Notes under the pieces: generated by a model
Database searches by the model: none
The model's input: only the letters and a program-made list of their open reading frames with translations
What the model was told of the DNA's origin: nothing
Source of the DNA: Promethearchaeota archaeon
Lineage (GTDB): Archaea > Asgardarchaeota > Lokiarchaeia > Sigyniarchaeales > SOKP01
Length of the DNA: 64,000 bases
Assembly (NCBI GenBank): GCA_048940925.1
Contig: JBHLOC010000003.1
Coordinates: forward strand, 64,001 to 128,000
Direction: 5' to 3'
Translations under genes and position numbers: made by a program
Part shown: in pieces, positions 39,563 to 51,600 of the stretch
How positions within the stretch are numbered: position 1 is the first letter of the stretch
How the letters are laid out: each line of letters opens with the position of its first letter

Positions 39563-40660
39563 TTAATTTGATTTTACTCTTACAGGAGGGATAAAAACTT
39601 CCCGTGGACCAGTTCTTCTCAGATTTATAGCTTCCTCGGGACAATGATGAGCACAAACACCACATCCAATGCATTTCTCTTCATTAACGATTGCTATTGT
39701 ATCATCTAATTCGATTGTTTCCATTGGACACATTTCAACACATGTTCCACATCCAACACAAGAATCTTCATTTATAGCTGCTATATAGGAAGATATCGTA
39801 TGTAATGGCATAATACCTCCACGGTACATTCCAATAATTCCACAACAACAATTACAGCAATTACAAATCGCTTCGATCCCTCTATTTGGATCGGAATGAA
39901 CATGAAATACTTTATGCACAAGTCCGTAATCTTCTGCTTCTCTAAAGATCTTTATAGCCTCCTCTTTAGATACCCGTTGCCCAAACTCTTTTTCTATAGC
40001 AAATTGAGCGCTTTTGTCAAAAAGAAAACAATTATATTTTGATGCTCCTAATTTACATGGATCATTTACAAGATCTTTATGATGACGGCAATAACAATAT
40101 GCAACAGCAATATCATCATATTCTTCAACATATTTTTTAATATCTTCGAATGGCATAACGGTTTCAGTTCCTACTTGCACTTCTTTCTCAACAGGGAGTG
40201 TTCTATCTGTTGGTGGTAAATTTTTAAAAGTATTAATCATAGTTTCATAATTTGCTTCATTTAACTTAGATCTTTCTGAAAAAAGCCTTTCAAACAGTTT
40301 GGCTAATTTTATATGTTTTTCATCTGTTTCCCCCCTCAAGTTTGTATATTCGAATATTCCTGGATAAGGTCCCATAAGTCTGTACACCATTACTCCCGTA
40401 CTTCTACTTTTTACACCAATAATGATGCCATTATACATTAATACTTCTAACATTTTGAGAATGGTATTCTGATCCATATCTGTTCTTTCTCTAATTTGAT
40501 CAAGTGTCAAGGAAGGTTTCTTAAATATTAACAAAAATTTAGCTTGATCTTCAGTTATGATGTTCTGAAGTAACTCTATTAATGTGTCATTAACAGGAAT
40601 AGGGAATACTCCTGCCTTAACAATTGTTCTTGCTACTTTATACCATAATTTATTAGTCAA
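39563..40660 (-). CDS. Multi-[4Fe-4S] protein (winged-helix-like N-terminus, Cys-rich middle, 2x[4Fe-4S] ferredoxin)
   Basis: CYCR, ICNCCNCCCG, CVGCGTCVEMCP, CIGCGVCAHHCP. Confidence 0.85.
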   Translation of the reverse strand: MTNKLWYKVARTIVKAGVFPIPVNDTLIELLQNIITEDQAKFLLIFKKPSLTLDQIRERTDMDQNTILKMLEVLMYNGIIIGVKSRSTGVMVYRLMGPYPGIFEYTNLRGETDEKHIKLAKLFERLFSERSKLNEANYETMINTFKNLPPTDRTLPVEKEVQVGTETVMPFEDIKKYVEEYDDIAVAYCYCRHHKDLVNDPCKLGASKYNCFLFDKSAQFAIEKEFGQRVSKEEAIKIFREAEDYGLVHKVFHVHSDPNRGIEAICNCCNCCCGIIGMYRGGIMPLHTISSYIAAINEDSCVGCGTCVEMCPMETIELDDTIAIVNEEKCIGCGVCAHHCPEEAINLRRTGPREVFIPPVRVKSN

Positions 40661-40871
40661 TTTTATAACCTCTATAAAGAAGATCTGTATTTTTAATTAA
40701 ATGAGGAAAAACTACATAGTTTAATTATATTTCGAGTATAAATGATAAGAAAATATCTCCTAAAATAACAAATTGATCGTTTTAAATACCTACAAAACCT
40801 TTTGACTCTCATATTTTTTTAACTAAACTTATCTTGAAATTAATTAAAGAATTGATTAAAGAATTAAGGGT

Positions 40872-41060
40872 TTGAGGGATATTATTATGATTAGAAAAAC
40901 TCAAGAGAGAATAAATATATTAGAAAATTCAATTAAGATTTTAGAAGCAATTAAAAAAAATTTAGATCACCAAAATCAATCAGTTCCACTTAATTATATT
41001 CAAAATCGCATTACTACTTATAAACGTGAAATTCGAATACGTAAAGATTTCCCGTCTTAA
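40872..41060 (+). CDS. Small hypothetical coiled-coil protein
   Basis: 62-aa ORF with GAGGG RBS-like sequence; true start probably a downstream ATG. Confidence 0.5.
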   Translation: MRDIIMIRKTQERINILENSIKILEAIKKNLDHQNQSVPLNYIQNRITTYKREIRIRKDFPS

Positions 41061-41178
41061 ACATTTTCAATTTAATTTTTTTATTTTATTCTCCTTAGAA
41101 TAGGTTCTATTTCGAAAAATTTTTATCATTATGTTGATGATCAACTACACATACGTTCATTGTAATTCTTGAAAATAG

Positions 41179-42369
41179 GTGTTATTAATTAAAATAGATT
41201 ATGCCGAGAGGGTAAAAAGAATTCCTAAATACATTTTTGTTGAGATTGAAAAATTAATATCAGAAAAGAAGAAAAAGGGTATGGATTTTATTTCACTTGG
41301 AATAGGAGATCCTGATTTAGCAACTCCAGAGATTATAATTAATGCATTAATTGAAGAAGTCAAAAATTCAGAGAACCATAATTACCCTTCAAGTATGGGT
41401 GAAGAGGAATTTAGAGAAACCATCGCAAAGTGGTATAAGATAAGATTTAATGTCGAATTAAACCATAATGATGAGATTACAAATGTAATTGGTGGAAAAG
41501 AAGGCGTAGCTAATGTAGCACGAGCCTTCATTAATCCAGGAGATATTGTCCTTTGTCCTAATCCAGGATATCCTGTTTATGAAAATGGTGCAACAAAACT
41601 ATGCGATGCTGAACCTTATCTGATGCCTATAATAAAAGAAAACAATTATCTTCCAGATTTAGAAGCAATTGATACGAAGATTCTTAGAAAAGCAAAATTA
41701 ATGTATTTAAATTATCCGAATAATCCTACGGGTGCAATTGCTTCAAAACAATTTTTAAAAAAGGTTGTTGATTATGCAGAAGACTATAACTTTTTCATAA
41801 TATATGATAATCCATATTCTGAATTTACTTTTGGTGATTATATTGCACCAACAATATTGCAAGTGGATCGGAATCATGTAGAAATAAATAGTGCCTCTAA
41901 GATGTTTAACATGACAGGCTTTCGATGTGGTTGGATGGCGGGTAATAAAGAAATAATACAAGGGATAAGGAAAGTAAAGTCTCAAATTGATTCTGGTTGT
42001 CCAAAATTTATACAAAAAGCAGTAATGAAAGGTTTAAATGAATATAAATCTGAGGAAAAACCTGAAATAGTAAAGAATACCGTAAGAGTGTATGAAAGAA
42101 GAAGGGATATTTTAATTAAGGAATTAAATGATATGGGATGGAGAACAGAGACACCAAAAGCAACCTTTTATGTATGGACACAAATTCCAGAAAAATTTTC
42201 TAAAGAGAATAGCATGGATTTTGTAAAAAAATTGATAGAAGTAGGAGTAGTTGCCACACCTGGGATAGGTTTTGGTCAATATGGAGAGGGATATATGAGG
42301 TTTGCTTTAACTCAACCTGAGGAAAGAATTAAAGAAGCCTTAGAAAGAATTAAGTCTATTCTTGTTTAA
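41179..42369 (+). CDS. PLP-dependent class I/II aminotransferase (LL-diaminopimelate aminotransferase-like)
   Basis: LGIGDPD, GKEG, PGYPVY, NYPNNPTG, DNPY, SKMFNMTGFR, PGIGFG..GEGY.R. Confidence 0.88.
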   Translation: MLLIKIDYAERVKRIPKYIFVEIEKLISEKKKKGMDFISLGIGDPDLATPEIIINALIEEVKNSENHNYPSSMGEEEFRETIAKWYKIRFNVELNHNDEITNVIGGKEGVANVARAFINPGDIVLCPNPGYPVYENGATKLCDAEPYLMPIIKENNYLPDLEAIDTKILRKAKLMYLNYPNNPTGAIASKQFLKKVVDYAEDYNFFIIYDNPYSEFTFGDYIAPTILQVDRNHVEINSASKMFNMTGFRCGWMAGNKEIIQGIRKVKSQIDSGCPKFIQKAVMKGLNEYKSEEKPEIVKNTVRVYERRRDILIKELNDMGWRTETPKATFYVWTQIPEKFSKENSMDFVKKLIEVGVVATPGIGFGQYGEGYMRFALTQPEERIKEALERIKSILV

Positions 42370-42431
42370 ATAAAACCAAATTATTTTAAAAAAAATTTTA
42401 ATAAAATTAAAAAGATTGAAAGAGATTTTTA

Positions 42432-42611
42432 TCATCTGGAAGATTTCCTATACTTGCTCCTAAGAAATCCTTGTCTTCTCTCATCAATATTTTCTATATT
42501 TTCGTTAAATTCTTTTGATTTATCAAAACTCATCATAACTGGAGCTTTATAAGAATCCCAATCTTTATAATAATCCAATATCAGATCCATTTTATCTGAT
42601 TCTTTTTCCAG
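42432..42611 (-). CDS. Unannotated small protein (59 aa from CTG, 52 aa from ATG 42590)
   Basis: AGGAGGTGA RBS just before CTG; (M)EKESDKMDLILDYYKDWDSYKAPVMMSF...RSKYRKSSR*. Confidence 0.6.
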   Translation of the reverse strand: MEKESDKMDLILDYYKDWDSYKAPVMMSFDKSKEFNENIENIDERRQGFLRSKYRKSSR

Positions 42612-42704
42612 TATTTTTCACCTCCTATTTTGATTAAGTTTCTCACCAGAGGTCCTAAATCTAAATTTTGACCAATTTCGAATAGTAATTATTGATATGT
42701 ATTG

Positions 42705-42837
42705 TTAAAAGAGAACAAATCAGTAAAAATTATAAGAAAAAGGTCAAGAGATTTGATTTATTCTCTCTTAATAATACTATGGATAATTACCTTAATTGTA
42801 GGTAAGGGTAATTTACACCAATAATCCATAGTATTAT
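42705..42837 (-). ncRNA. Candidate structured 5' leader / ncRNA (two abutting long hairpins)
   Basis: 14-bp perfect stem 42771-84/42824-37 and 18-bp stem 42705-22/42754-71 whose two non-Watson-Crick pairs are G-U only on the minus strand; TTTATATA box at 42881-42874. Confidence 0.55.
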
Positions 42838-42982
42838 GTGAAAAACTCATTAATATGTAAATGTGAAAAGATCTATATAAACTTTGCCCATTGGATTCCC
42901 ATTGTATCTAAATATTAAATATTTACAGTTTAGTAGTTTAATAGTTCTTATCTCTTAACCAAAAATGTAGAAAAAATAAATT

Positions 42983-43990
42983 TTAGAGATTTTTCAGTTT
43001 AGGATCCATTGCATCTCTTAAGCCGTCACCTACTAACATAAAACCTAAAACTGTTAAAAAAATCATAAAGCCTGGCCATAGGCCTGCCCAAGGAGCATCA
43101 TATGGGTTCTCTCGTGCCACATTGATATCATTACCCCATTCAATCAGTACAGATTGATTCACGCCTAAAAATGCTAGTCCAGCTAACCCTAATATGACTG
43201 TACCGAGGTTGAAAGTGAATGAGATTATAACAGGTTGAATAGCATTTGGTAATATGTGTTTAAACATTATTCTCCAGTTGCCTGCACCAGATACTCTTGC
43301 AGCTTCGATATATGGAAGATCTCGAGCTAATAATACATTTCCCCTGATCAATCTGGCATAAAAGGGAATCCCTAAAAAACCATATACCATCAAAATTATC
43401 TCTATATAAGGTCCGAAAATCGCAATAAATACTAAACAAAGAATCAAACCTGGAAATGCGAGAAATATATCACAAATTCTCATTATTAGTGAATCTCTCC
43501 AACCTCCATAATAAGCAGAAGTTACACCAAAAACTACTCCACCAATGACACTAATAGAAATTGATGGTAATGCAATAGTTAAAGAAGTTCGCGCTCCCCA
43601 GATTATTCTTGATAATACATCACCTCCCATTGCTGTTTGTCCCAAAGGATGTACTGGAGAAGGAGGATCCCATGAACCAGAATGATGTGTCATAGCTTCA
43701 GCAAAAGATTGAGGAGAAATCCAAGGAGCAAAAATTGCTAAAGTACTAATGAAAAAAATTATGAAAAAACCTAAGATTGTTAGTGGATTTGTTAATCTCC
43801 TTAAAATATTTCTTTTACTGGCTGTTTTTTCAAATTCACTTTCACGATAATTTAATTCTTCTAATCTTGAACAAGGGAGCAAAATAAATTTAATATTTTT
43901 GAAAATCCAGGAAATTATTCTTCTTGGAGTACTTTTTTCTTCGAATTCCTCTTCTTTTTCTATTTCTAGTAGATATTGCTGTTTTTCCAT
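42983..43990 (-). CDS. Oligopeptide/dipeptide ABC permease (DppC/OppC type)
   Basis: HPLGQ...GDVLSR..WGARTSL, ARLIRG, YIEAARVSGA, KHILPN, GDGLRDAMDPK. Confidence 0.93.
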   Translation of the reverse strand: MEKQQYLLEIEKEEEFEEKSTPRRIISWIFKNIKFILLPCSRLEELNYRESEFEKTASKRNILRRLTNPLTILGFFIIFFISTLAIFAPWISPQSFAEAMTHHSGSWDPPSPVHPLGQTAMGGDVLSRIIWGARTSLTIALPSISISVIGGVVFGVTSAYYGGWRDSLIMRICDIFLAFPGLILCLVFIAIFGPYIEIILMVYGFLGIPFYARLIRGNVLLARDLPYIEAARVSGAGNWRIMFKHILPNAIQPVIISFTFNLGTVILGLAGLAFLGVNQSVLIEWGNDINVARENPYDAPWAGLWPGFMIFLTVLGFMLVGDGLRDAMDPKLKNL

Positions 43991-44220
43991 TTTATTCTTT
44001 CCCTCTTATAATTCTTTCAAATTCTAGAGATTATTCTTTATTAGGTAATGGCTTATTTAAAAATTATATTAAGATACTTCTGAATCTATATTTTTCCCAC
44101 ATTTCAAAATATTAGAACATTTAGCGTATTTTGTGAAATGTGATCTTAAAAACTCTTTAAATTAATCACTCTTTTAAATTCATAATAAATATTCAATCAA
44201 TGAGCTTTTAATTTGAAACC

Positions 44221-45543
44221 ATGGAAACTAAAATTGTGTTAGTAGGAGCAGGTTCTACTTCTTTTGGCCCCCCAATGTTTAATGATATTTTTTTAAGTGA
44301 TTTATTAGAAGGTTCTACTGTTGTACTCCATGATTTAAATAAGAATAAATTAGAGATGGTCTATGATCTTCTAGAAATTGAAAATCAAAGAAAAAATAAT
44401 AAGCTTAATCTTGAAAGAACAACAAATAGAGCTAAAGCTTTTAAAGATGCTGATTTTATCATTAACTCAATTGAGGTAGGAAATAGAATGGAATTATGGC
44501 ACCAAGATTATGAAATACCGAGAAAATACGGAGCAAAACAAATATTAGGTGAATGTGGTGGTCCAGGAGGGAGTTTTCATGCATGGAGAATAATCCCACC
44601 AATCGTCGAAATTGTTAAAGATGCTGAAAAAATTTGTCCAAATGCTCTTTTGATTAACTTCTCTAATCCATTATCTCGAGTATGTTTAGCGATCAAGAGA
44701 AGTGTGAAAAAGTTAAGATTTGTGGGCTTATGTCATCAAATTGCTTTTTTAGTGAGACATTTGCCTAATATTTTTGAAAAATCAATTAAAGAGTTAAAAA
44801 TGGAAGTAGGTGGCTTAAATCATTTTGCATTCTTATTAAAACTAGAAGATTTAGTAACTGGAATAGATTTAGTGCCAACTTTTAACAAACAAACTCTAGA
44901 TTATTTTAGAGGATATGAACATCGATTTGAATTTTCAACTCTTACATTTGAAGTATTCAAAAAATTTGGGTGGTTTTGTTATGCTGGTGATAACCACCTT
45001 GGAGAATACTTACAATTTGGTGAAGAATTCACGAAAACGCAGGATATGATAGATTGGATAAATTTTATAGACGTTGAAGGTCAATTAATCTATAACAAGT
45101 TTCTTAACTATCATAAAAGACTTAAGAGGGGAAGATATCCAAGGGGGGGTATATTATTTGGAAAAACTTCTGGAGAAAGGGCGATACCTATAATCGAGGC
45201 AATGATCAAAGATAAAAATTCCTATGAATTTGCTGTTAATATTCCTAATGATAATATAATAGCCAATTTACCACAGGATCTAATCTTAGAGTGTTCAGCA
45301 ACAGTAAATAAAAATGGTATTCATGGAATTAAATTAGGAAAAATTCCTAGAAATATTGCTGCTTTACTCCGCATTGAGGCTTCAATACAAGATTTGTGTG
45401 TGGATGCTGTATTGAATAAATCAAAAGATCTTGCCATCGCCTGTTTAGCCACTGATCCTAATGTGGGGAGTTTTGAAATTGCAGAAGATATTTTTGATGA
45501 AATGAGTCAATTACAAAGTAAATATCTTCCAAATTTTAAGTAA
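44221..45543 (+). CDS. Glycoside hydrolase family 4 (alpha-galactosidase/glucosidase-like)
   Basis: VGAGS, GECGGPGG, NFSNP, GLCH, GLNH. Confidence 0.92.
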   Translation: METKIVLVGAGSTSFGPPMFNDIFLSDLLEGSTVVLHDLNKNKLEMVYDLLEIENQRKNNKLNLERTTNRAKAFKDADFIINSIEVGNRMELWHQDYEIPRKYGAKQILGECGGPGGSFHAWRIIPPIVEIVKDAEKICPNALLINFSNPLSRVCLAIKRSVKKLRFVGLCHQIAFLVRHLPNIFEKSIKELKMEVGGLNHFAFLLKLEDLVTGIDLVPTFNKQTLDYFRGYEHRFEFSTLTFEVFKKFGWFCYAGDNHLGEYLQFGEEFTKTQDMIDWINFIDVEGQLIYNKFLNYHKRLKRGRYPRGGILFGKTSGERAIPIIEAMIKDKNSYEFAVNIPNDNIIANLPQDLILECSATVNKNGIHGIKLGKIPRNIAALLRIEASIQDLCVDAVLNKSKDLAIACLATDPNVGSFEIAEDIFDEMSQLQSKYLPNFK

Positions 45544-45658
45544 ATTAGTCCTTTTATAGTAATTAGTTCTAATTTAATTGGATAAATTTCTAAATCTGAT
45601 ATATTTATTAATTTTTGTTTCTATTCTTTTCAAAATACCCTTTAAACTATTTTAAAAA

Positions 45659-48600
45659 ATGAAATCTAACAATAGTAGGGTTTCTGAAGAAAAAATTAAA
45701 AAGGCTACAGAATTCCTCCAAAAATTGTGGTGGTTTTGTTTTTATTTGATTATTGCACCGCTAGCAACTGCATTTACAGGATTTTGGATTTTTAGTTTAT
45801 TTCCTGGAGGAATTTATCTAGCTTTACCTCTAGCAGTTTTAACTTTTATGTTTGCCCTACTATTTTTTTATAAAGCATTTGATAAATATAGAAACAGACC
45901 CTTCTTCTTGAATAAGGAAAACAATCTAGTTGCTAGAATTCATATTTTATATCTTATTTCTATTGTCTCATTTATAGTTACTCCTATATTTGTTATTATT
46001 TCTCCTGAAGATTATTCCTTTGCAATACTTCCTTTAATTAGCTTTATTGTCTTATATAACATAGTATATTTTTATTATTATTTCCAGCCAATTGGGTTCT
46101 ATGACATAAATCAGGAGAAATTCAGACATACAATCAATCTAAAATTGATGATTAAGCAACCGTACAATTTTATGATTGTAATTAATTATGTTGTTCATAT
46201 CGTATTTCTAGCAGTTACCTTTTCTACAGAGCTATCCTGGCTTTTTAGTCTTATAACAAATTTAATATTTTATTACATCACATATTTCAATACTAAAATC
46301 CAGCGTAGTAAAATAAAAGAGAAAATTAAAGAAAAGGAATCATTTTTACAAGATCTAACTATTTTCAAACAAAGATTTGCTGTCTCAGTACTTAATCTAA
46401 TTTTCGTTTTATTAATTCAAATGCCTTTTGTGGTTGTTTTTACTTCAGTTCTATCAGGCTCTCAGTATTCAGTATTAGAATTGATAAATAGTTCATTTTT
46501 AACATTAATTTTTATAATAGCGTATTTTAAATCCCGATTTTATCTCCTTTTTCATTATAGTAGGATATTAAGCATATATCATCATTCTGAAAGAAGTTAT
46601 AATATTAATAATGATGTAGAAAATAATAAATATCAAAAGTATAATGCTGCTTTATCTGTAGTATTAATATTGTTCATAATTCTATTTTGTTTTTTGATAA
46701 GTAATCCAATATTAATATTACTTATACTTCCATTCCTTTACATCCCATTTTATTATGAACAAAAGGCGAAATTTAGTCCAAAGAAATATAATAAATATGT
46801 TTTTTTACTAAACTCCATTGGGATTTTAATTTCTATTTCATTTGGAATTCTACCTCTAATCTCAACAGTTTTTTTTATAAATATTCAATTTATTGTCTTT
46901 TTAATATCTTTATATCTTATACTTCAAATTTTTGTAAAATATGATTACTTCCATAAAGAGGATATCATTATATTTCAAAATATAATTGCGGTTATCACTT
47001 TTTCGTTGATAACATACTCCTTCTTTCCTATTATAATTATTAACTATATTAGATTTACATCAGATCCAGTAATTATAATATTTTCAAATTTTTTACTTCA
47101 TTCAACTTTTATTTTAATAATTTTATTAGTTTCATTTTATATTTTATACTCCAGGATATTTTATGCTAAACGGACAAAACTCTTTAGAATATGTATTTTT
47201 ACTAACATTTTCTTAATAGAATTGCTCATTTTTATTTTAATAAATTTAAGAGCATATTTAATTCTTGAAATTTTTCCTTTTTTCCAGGTGGTAATGGTAT
47301 CGTCTATTCTATTTCCTATAATTTTCATTCTCTTTATTTTTATGAATTTTCTAATAGGATTGTTTTCTTATAACGACTTTTTAAACTATAGCTATTACTC
47401 ATTATGGATACTAATTTTTGATATTTTTCTAGCGATACTTATAAATTCTTTAGATAGTTTTATAGTCTTGACATTAGATCTGCTCCTTTTATCAATTTTT
47501 AGCTACCTTAACTTAAAGTATGCATTCAAAATAGAAAAAATAAAGGAATCTACATTCAAAAAGTTTGTAGAATTTAATTCTTACTTAATGACGATAGAAC
47601 TTGCTACATTGATTTTCTTTTTCTTTTACTCTATTGTGTTAGTAAATTTAACTATATATCAAAATATAGTATTTTCCATTTATTTCTCGTTAATAATTAT
47701 GACTATATTCGTAAATTTATTCTCTAGAAATGAATTTTTCTTTTCAAAATCAGTGAGCATTAAGACTAATTTAATTACGCTAGGATTTAGCGCAGGATTA
47801 ACCTTTTATTATTCATATATTCTCACTCTAAACACATTTTATGTTCTATTAATTCCCTTTATGTGTTTTTTCTTTGTTTTATTTTTTCCAATATATTACC
47901 TATTAAAAATGAAAATTTACGAGAATCTCTCACGCAAATTCTTATTGATGGATTGTATCCTAATAGCTGGGAGCATCACACTAATCCCACCTATTATCAG
48001 TTTAGACCACTATTTTAGATTAGGATTACCTAGTAATCCCATATCCGTAGTGAATTATTCACTATACATCGTGTTTGGAATTCTAATTTTTACATATTAT
48101 CTAATAAGACACTATCATATGAAAGATATATACACTTCAAGGATTCTAAAAACTCAAGCTATAATAGAAGTGATCTTAGCTGGAACGACAGTTTTCTATT
48201 ATATATTCCTTCTGCTCTATGGGACTCTCTATGGATTATTTTTATCTTTAATTGCTGCGTCAATTTTCTTTTATTTACCAAGCGTATATTCTTATAAAAA
48301 AAGATTGTTTAATGAGAATGTCCTTAAGAAAATCATAGTAGGTAATAGTTTAATACTATCAGGATTAATCACTTCAATTCCTACTTTTGTTGGATTAGAA
48401 ATGGAAAGATTAGGCTTAAGCATCCATATTATCCATATTACTACTATTACTCTTTTTCTTTTTTTTGGAACTCTAAAATTCTTAAGCTTTTTATCTCATA
48501 AGTTTTCATTAAAAGAAAAAAGTATTAGTTTTCTAAAATTAGTTCAAATTTTTACTTGGTTAACAATTTCAATCTTTTTAGCAATAGAGTTACCTATAAT

Positions 48601-51600
48601 TTTTTCTTTTCAATATTTTAGCCTCTTTATTATTAGCAATTCATGCCTGATATTTTTTATTGTGAATATTTATACAGTGATCCTGCTATTTAATTATTCC
48701 AAAGAATTAAAGATTCATAGATATTTACGTGACATTCTTTTGTATGGCATAACTTTCTCTTTATCATTTGTATTTGTATTTTTAATTCATGATAGCACTA
48801 TTTTAAATTTATTTCCTTCTATATTAAGACAATATAATTTGGTCTGGTATCTTGGTCTCTTTTTTCTACTTGTTTTAATTTTGCTTAAGATATTTACAAA
48901 TTTCATAGAAGTAGGATTTAAAAAACTTAAAGATGGATTAGAATTCATCTCATGGCTTTTTACTAAAGTTATTGTATGTCTTTTTCTTATATTTATATTT
49001 TCCTATACAATTTTTACACAAATTATGTTGTATATACTGACTTTTACATTTTTAACCCCTATTACTCTCGCTTATCTTAAAAAACTGGATCTTTTTTCCG
49101 AAGGAAATCAATTAATAATAAAAAAATTGACTGTTATTTTATTTTCTATTTCATTATTGAGTTTTTATATTGAAATATTCTACATTTCATCAAATAGTAT
49201 CTTATTCTTTAATCAAAATCCAGGATTTCAAATTTCAATTATAGTTGCTAATGTAATTTTGTTTTTGAGTTATCTTTGGATAGAAGTTAATGAGATTATA
49301 GAAAATATATCAGATTATAAAATATTCGGCTTTTATCTACTGTCTATCCTATTATTTATAAGTTTACTTTACTTCAATTCTATGCTTTCTATTTTTCTTT
49401 TTATTCTATCCTACACCCTTATTCTATCAAAAAGAAGTTTATTCCCATTATTTAGATTTCTATCATATCTTATACTAAGTTTCATCACATTAATAAAAAT
49501 TATAGCTCTACTTGATTATTATGAAATCAAATTTGAGTTTAACCTTATCTTTATCGGACTTTCTTTTAATATATATTTACTAACTTTTATCTCTGTCCTA
49601 TTGACTTCAGTTTTGTTAAATTATAAGAAAAATAATCTTCTCGAAAAATTCTCATTATATACATCTTTTTCAATATTAGCATTTGTATATCTTATTACAT
49701 ATACACATATTTTGATTCTTTATGATTTAACCATTTCAGCTTTTATCTTCTTACTTGTAGTTGGCATTCATTATTATCGTGAAAAGGATGAAATCTATAA
49801 ATGGTTTATAAAACCATGCATCTTGTTGTTTTTATTCGATTTTATCAGTTTTATATCATATTCATTACTTTTTAATCATCCACCTTATTTAGATTTCTAT
49901 CCTATACTTACTTTTACTTTAACTATGAGTGTGACTGGATTTGGATTTGTACTTCTGTACAATAAATCATCTGAAAGATTTAGAAAGATTTCATTTATTA
50001 TTAATTTATTATCAGTTATACTATCGTTTCCAATCTTTATTTATTTCTTAATTAGTTCTTCTTTATCAATTCCGTTTGGAGACCCTATTCCAATAATAAT
50101 TGCAATTAACCTGAGTGTTCTTCTTTTTTATATTTCCATAGGAATCTATCAATGGAAGATATCTTGGATGATTTGGAAATCAGGTTGGTATGCTTGGATA
50201 ATTATACCGTTAGCAAATTTTTATATAATATATAGAGGGCTAACAGGTATAGATGTAGCTACAAATTCGTTAGAATTGTTCGGTATTTATGATTTTAGTG
50301 GTTCTTTAATTATCAGTATAATAATATGCTCTCTAATGTTCTTACCCGTATTATATACTAAAATAAAGAAATATTTTTTTCATATAATATTTATTATTTG
50401 GGCTGAAAGTTTATTTTTATTGTATTGGATTAGCCAAAATCTATTTGTTGCTGATATTTTATTGAGAAATATATTTTTCATTCTATTTTCTGTGGTTTTA
50501 TTATTCCCCGCATTCGCCATTTTTAAATATTGGAAAATTGCATCAATAATATGGTTATTATCATTATTAGTAAATGCCTTTTTTTGGCAGTTTTACTTAA
50601 TGTCTCTAAACATATCATTAGAAATTGCAAGTTCAATTAATATATTAATAATTGGATTATGTCTAATTGTTTATTCATTTTTTCCGAATATTAGGTCTAT
50701 AGGTTTAATATTAATTATATCATATTTTACAGTTTTAATAGGTATATTCTTAACAGTGTATTTTATATTATATTCTGTCATTTTAAATCCAATATTTTCA
50801 GTTAATATTAGCTTAATTGTGGTAGGTTTAAGTCTTTTTTCTAATAAATATCTAAAATTACGTAATAGACCAATAGATTTATTTCTTTCTTGGATATTAA
50901 TATTAAATTTTGCTTGGTTAACCTTCAATACATTCAGTTTACTGCCAATTCCTGGATTTTTATTATTTTCCTTTTTCATAGCATTAACAGTTTTTGGCAC
51001 TTCTTTTTTTGTTTTTAATCATTTCAAGATGAACATTCCAATTAATACAGTAATTCCTTATCTAGTGGTTACCATAGGTGCTTCATCTTCAATATCATTA
51101 CTCTTCTTAATCTTTTTCAATATTTCAATTGGAATTTTTATTACAATTTTTTCAATCATTTTTATTATCTTTATCTATTTCTTAATAACAGAATATCGAT
51201 ATATTCTCTGGTTTTTATTTCCAATTCCAATTACATTACCCATTTTAGAGATGATTTTAGTTTTTGAAGTAGTTAGACCTTTTTGGTATTTAACATGGGC
51301 TCTTTTGTATTTAGTAAGTTTTCAAATTTTAACTAATCTTTTTAAAAATTTAGTAAAAGAAGAGAAAGCTGAAATTAAAAATAGTATTTTGAAGTTATAT
51401 GAGGATAAGACTCAGGTTAAATGGCTTAATTTCACATGTTACATCCTTAATTCTTTACTCATCTCTTTATTAATTGGAATTATATTACCACTTACATTAA
51501 GACAACTTTTATTTACCCAGATATTAATTATTTATCAAATTTTGGATTTTCTTATAATTTGGTCAATTCTCTTCTTATTATGTTTAAGATATGTTATCAA

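Noticed and set aside
42429-42837. Selenoprotein/SECIS reading of the small ORF ending TGA-TAA plus the upstream hairpins
   Set aside because: Hairpins lack the AUGA/GA SECIS core, lie 5' of the ORF, and TGA is directly followed by TAA (ordinary tandem stop)
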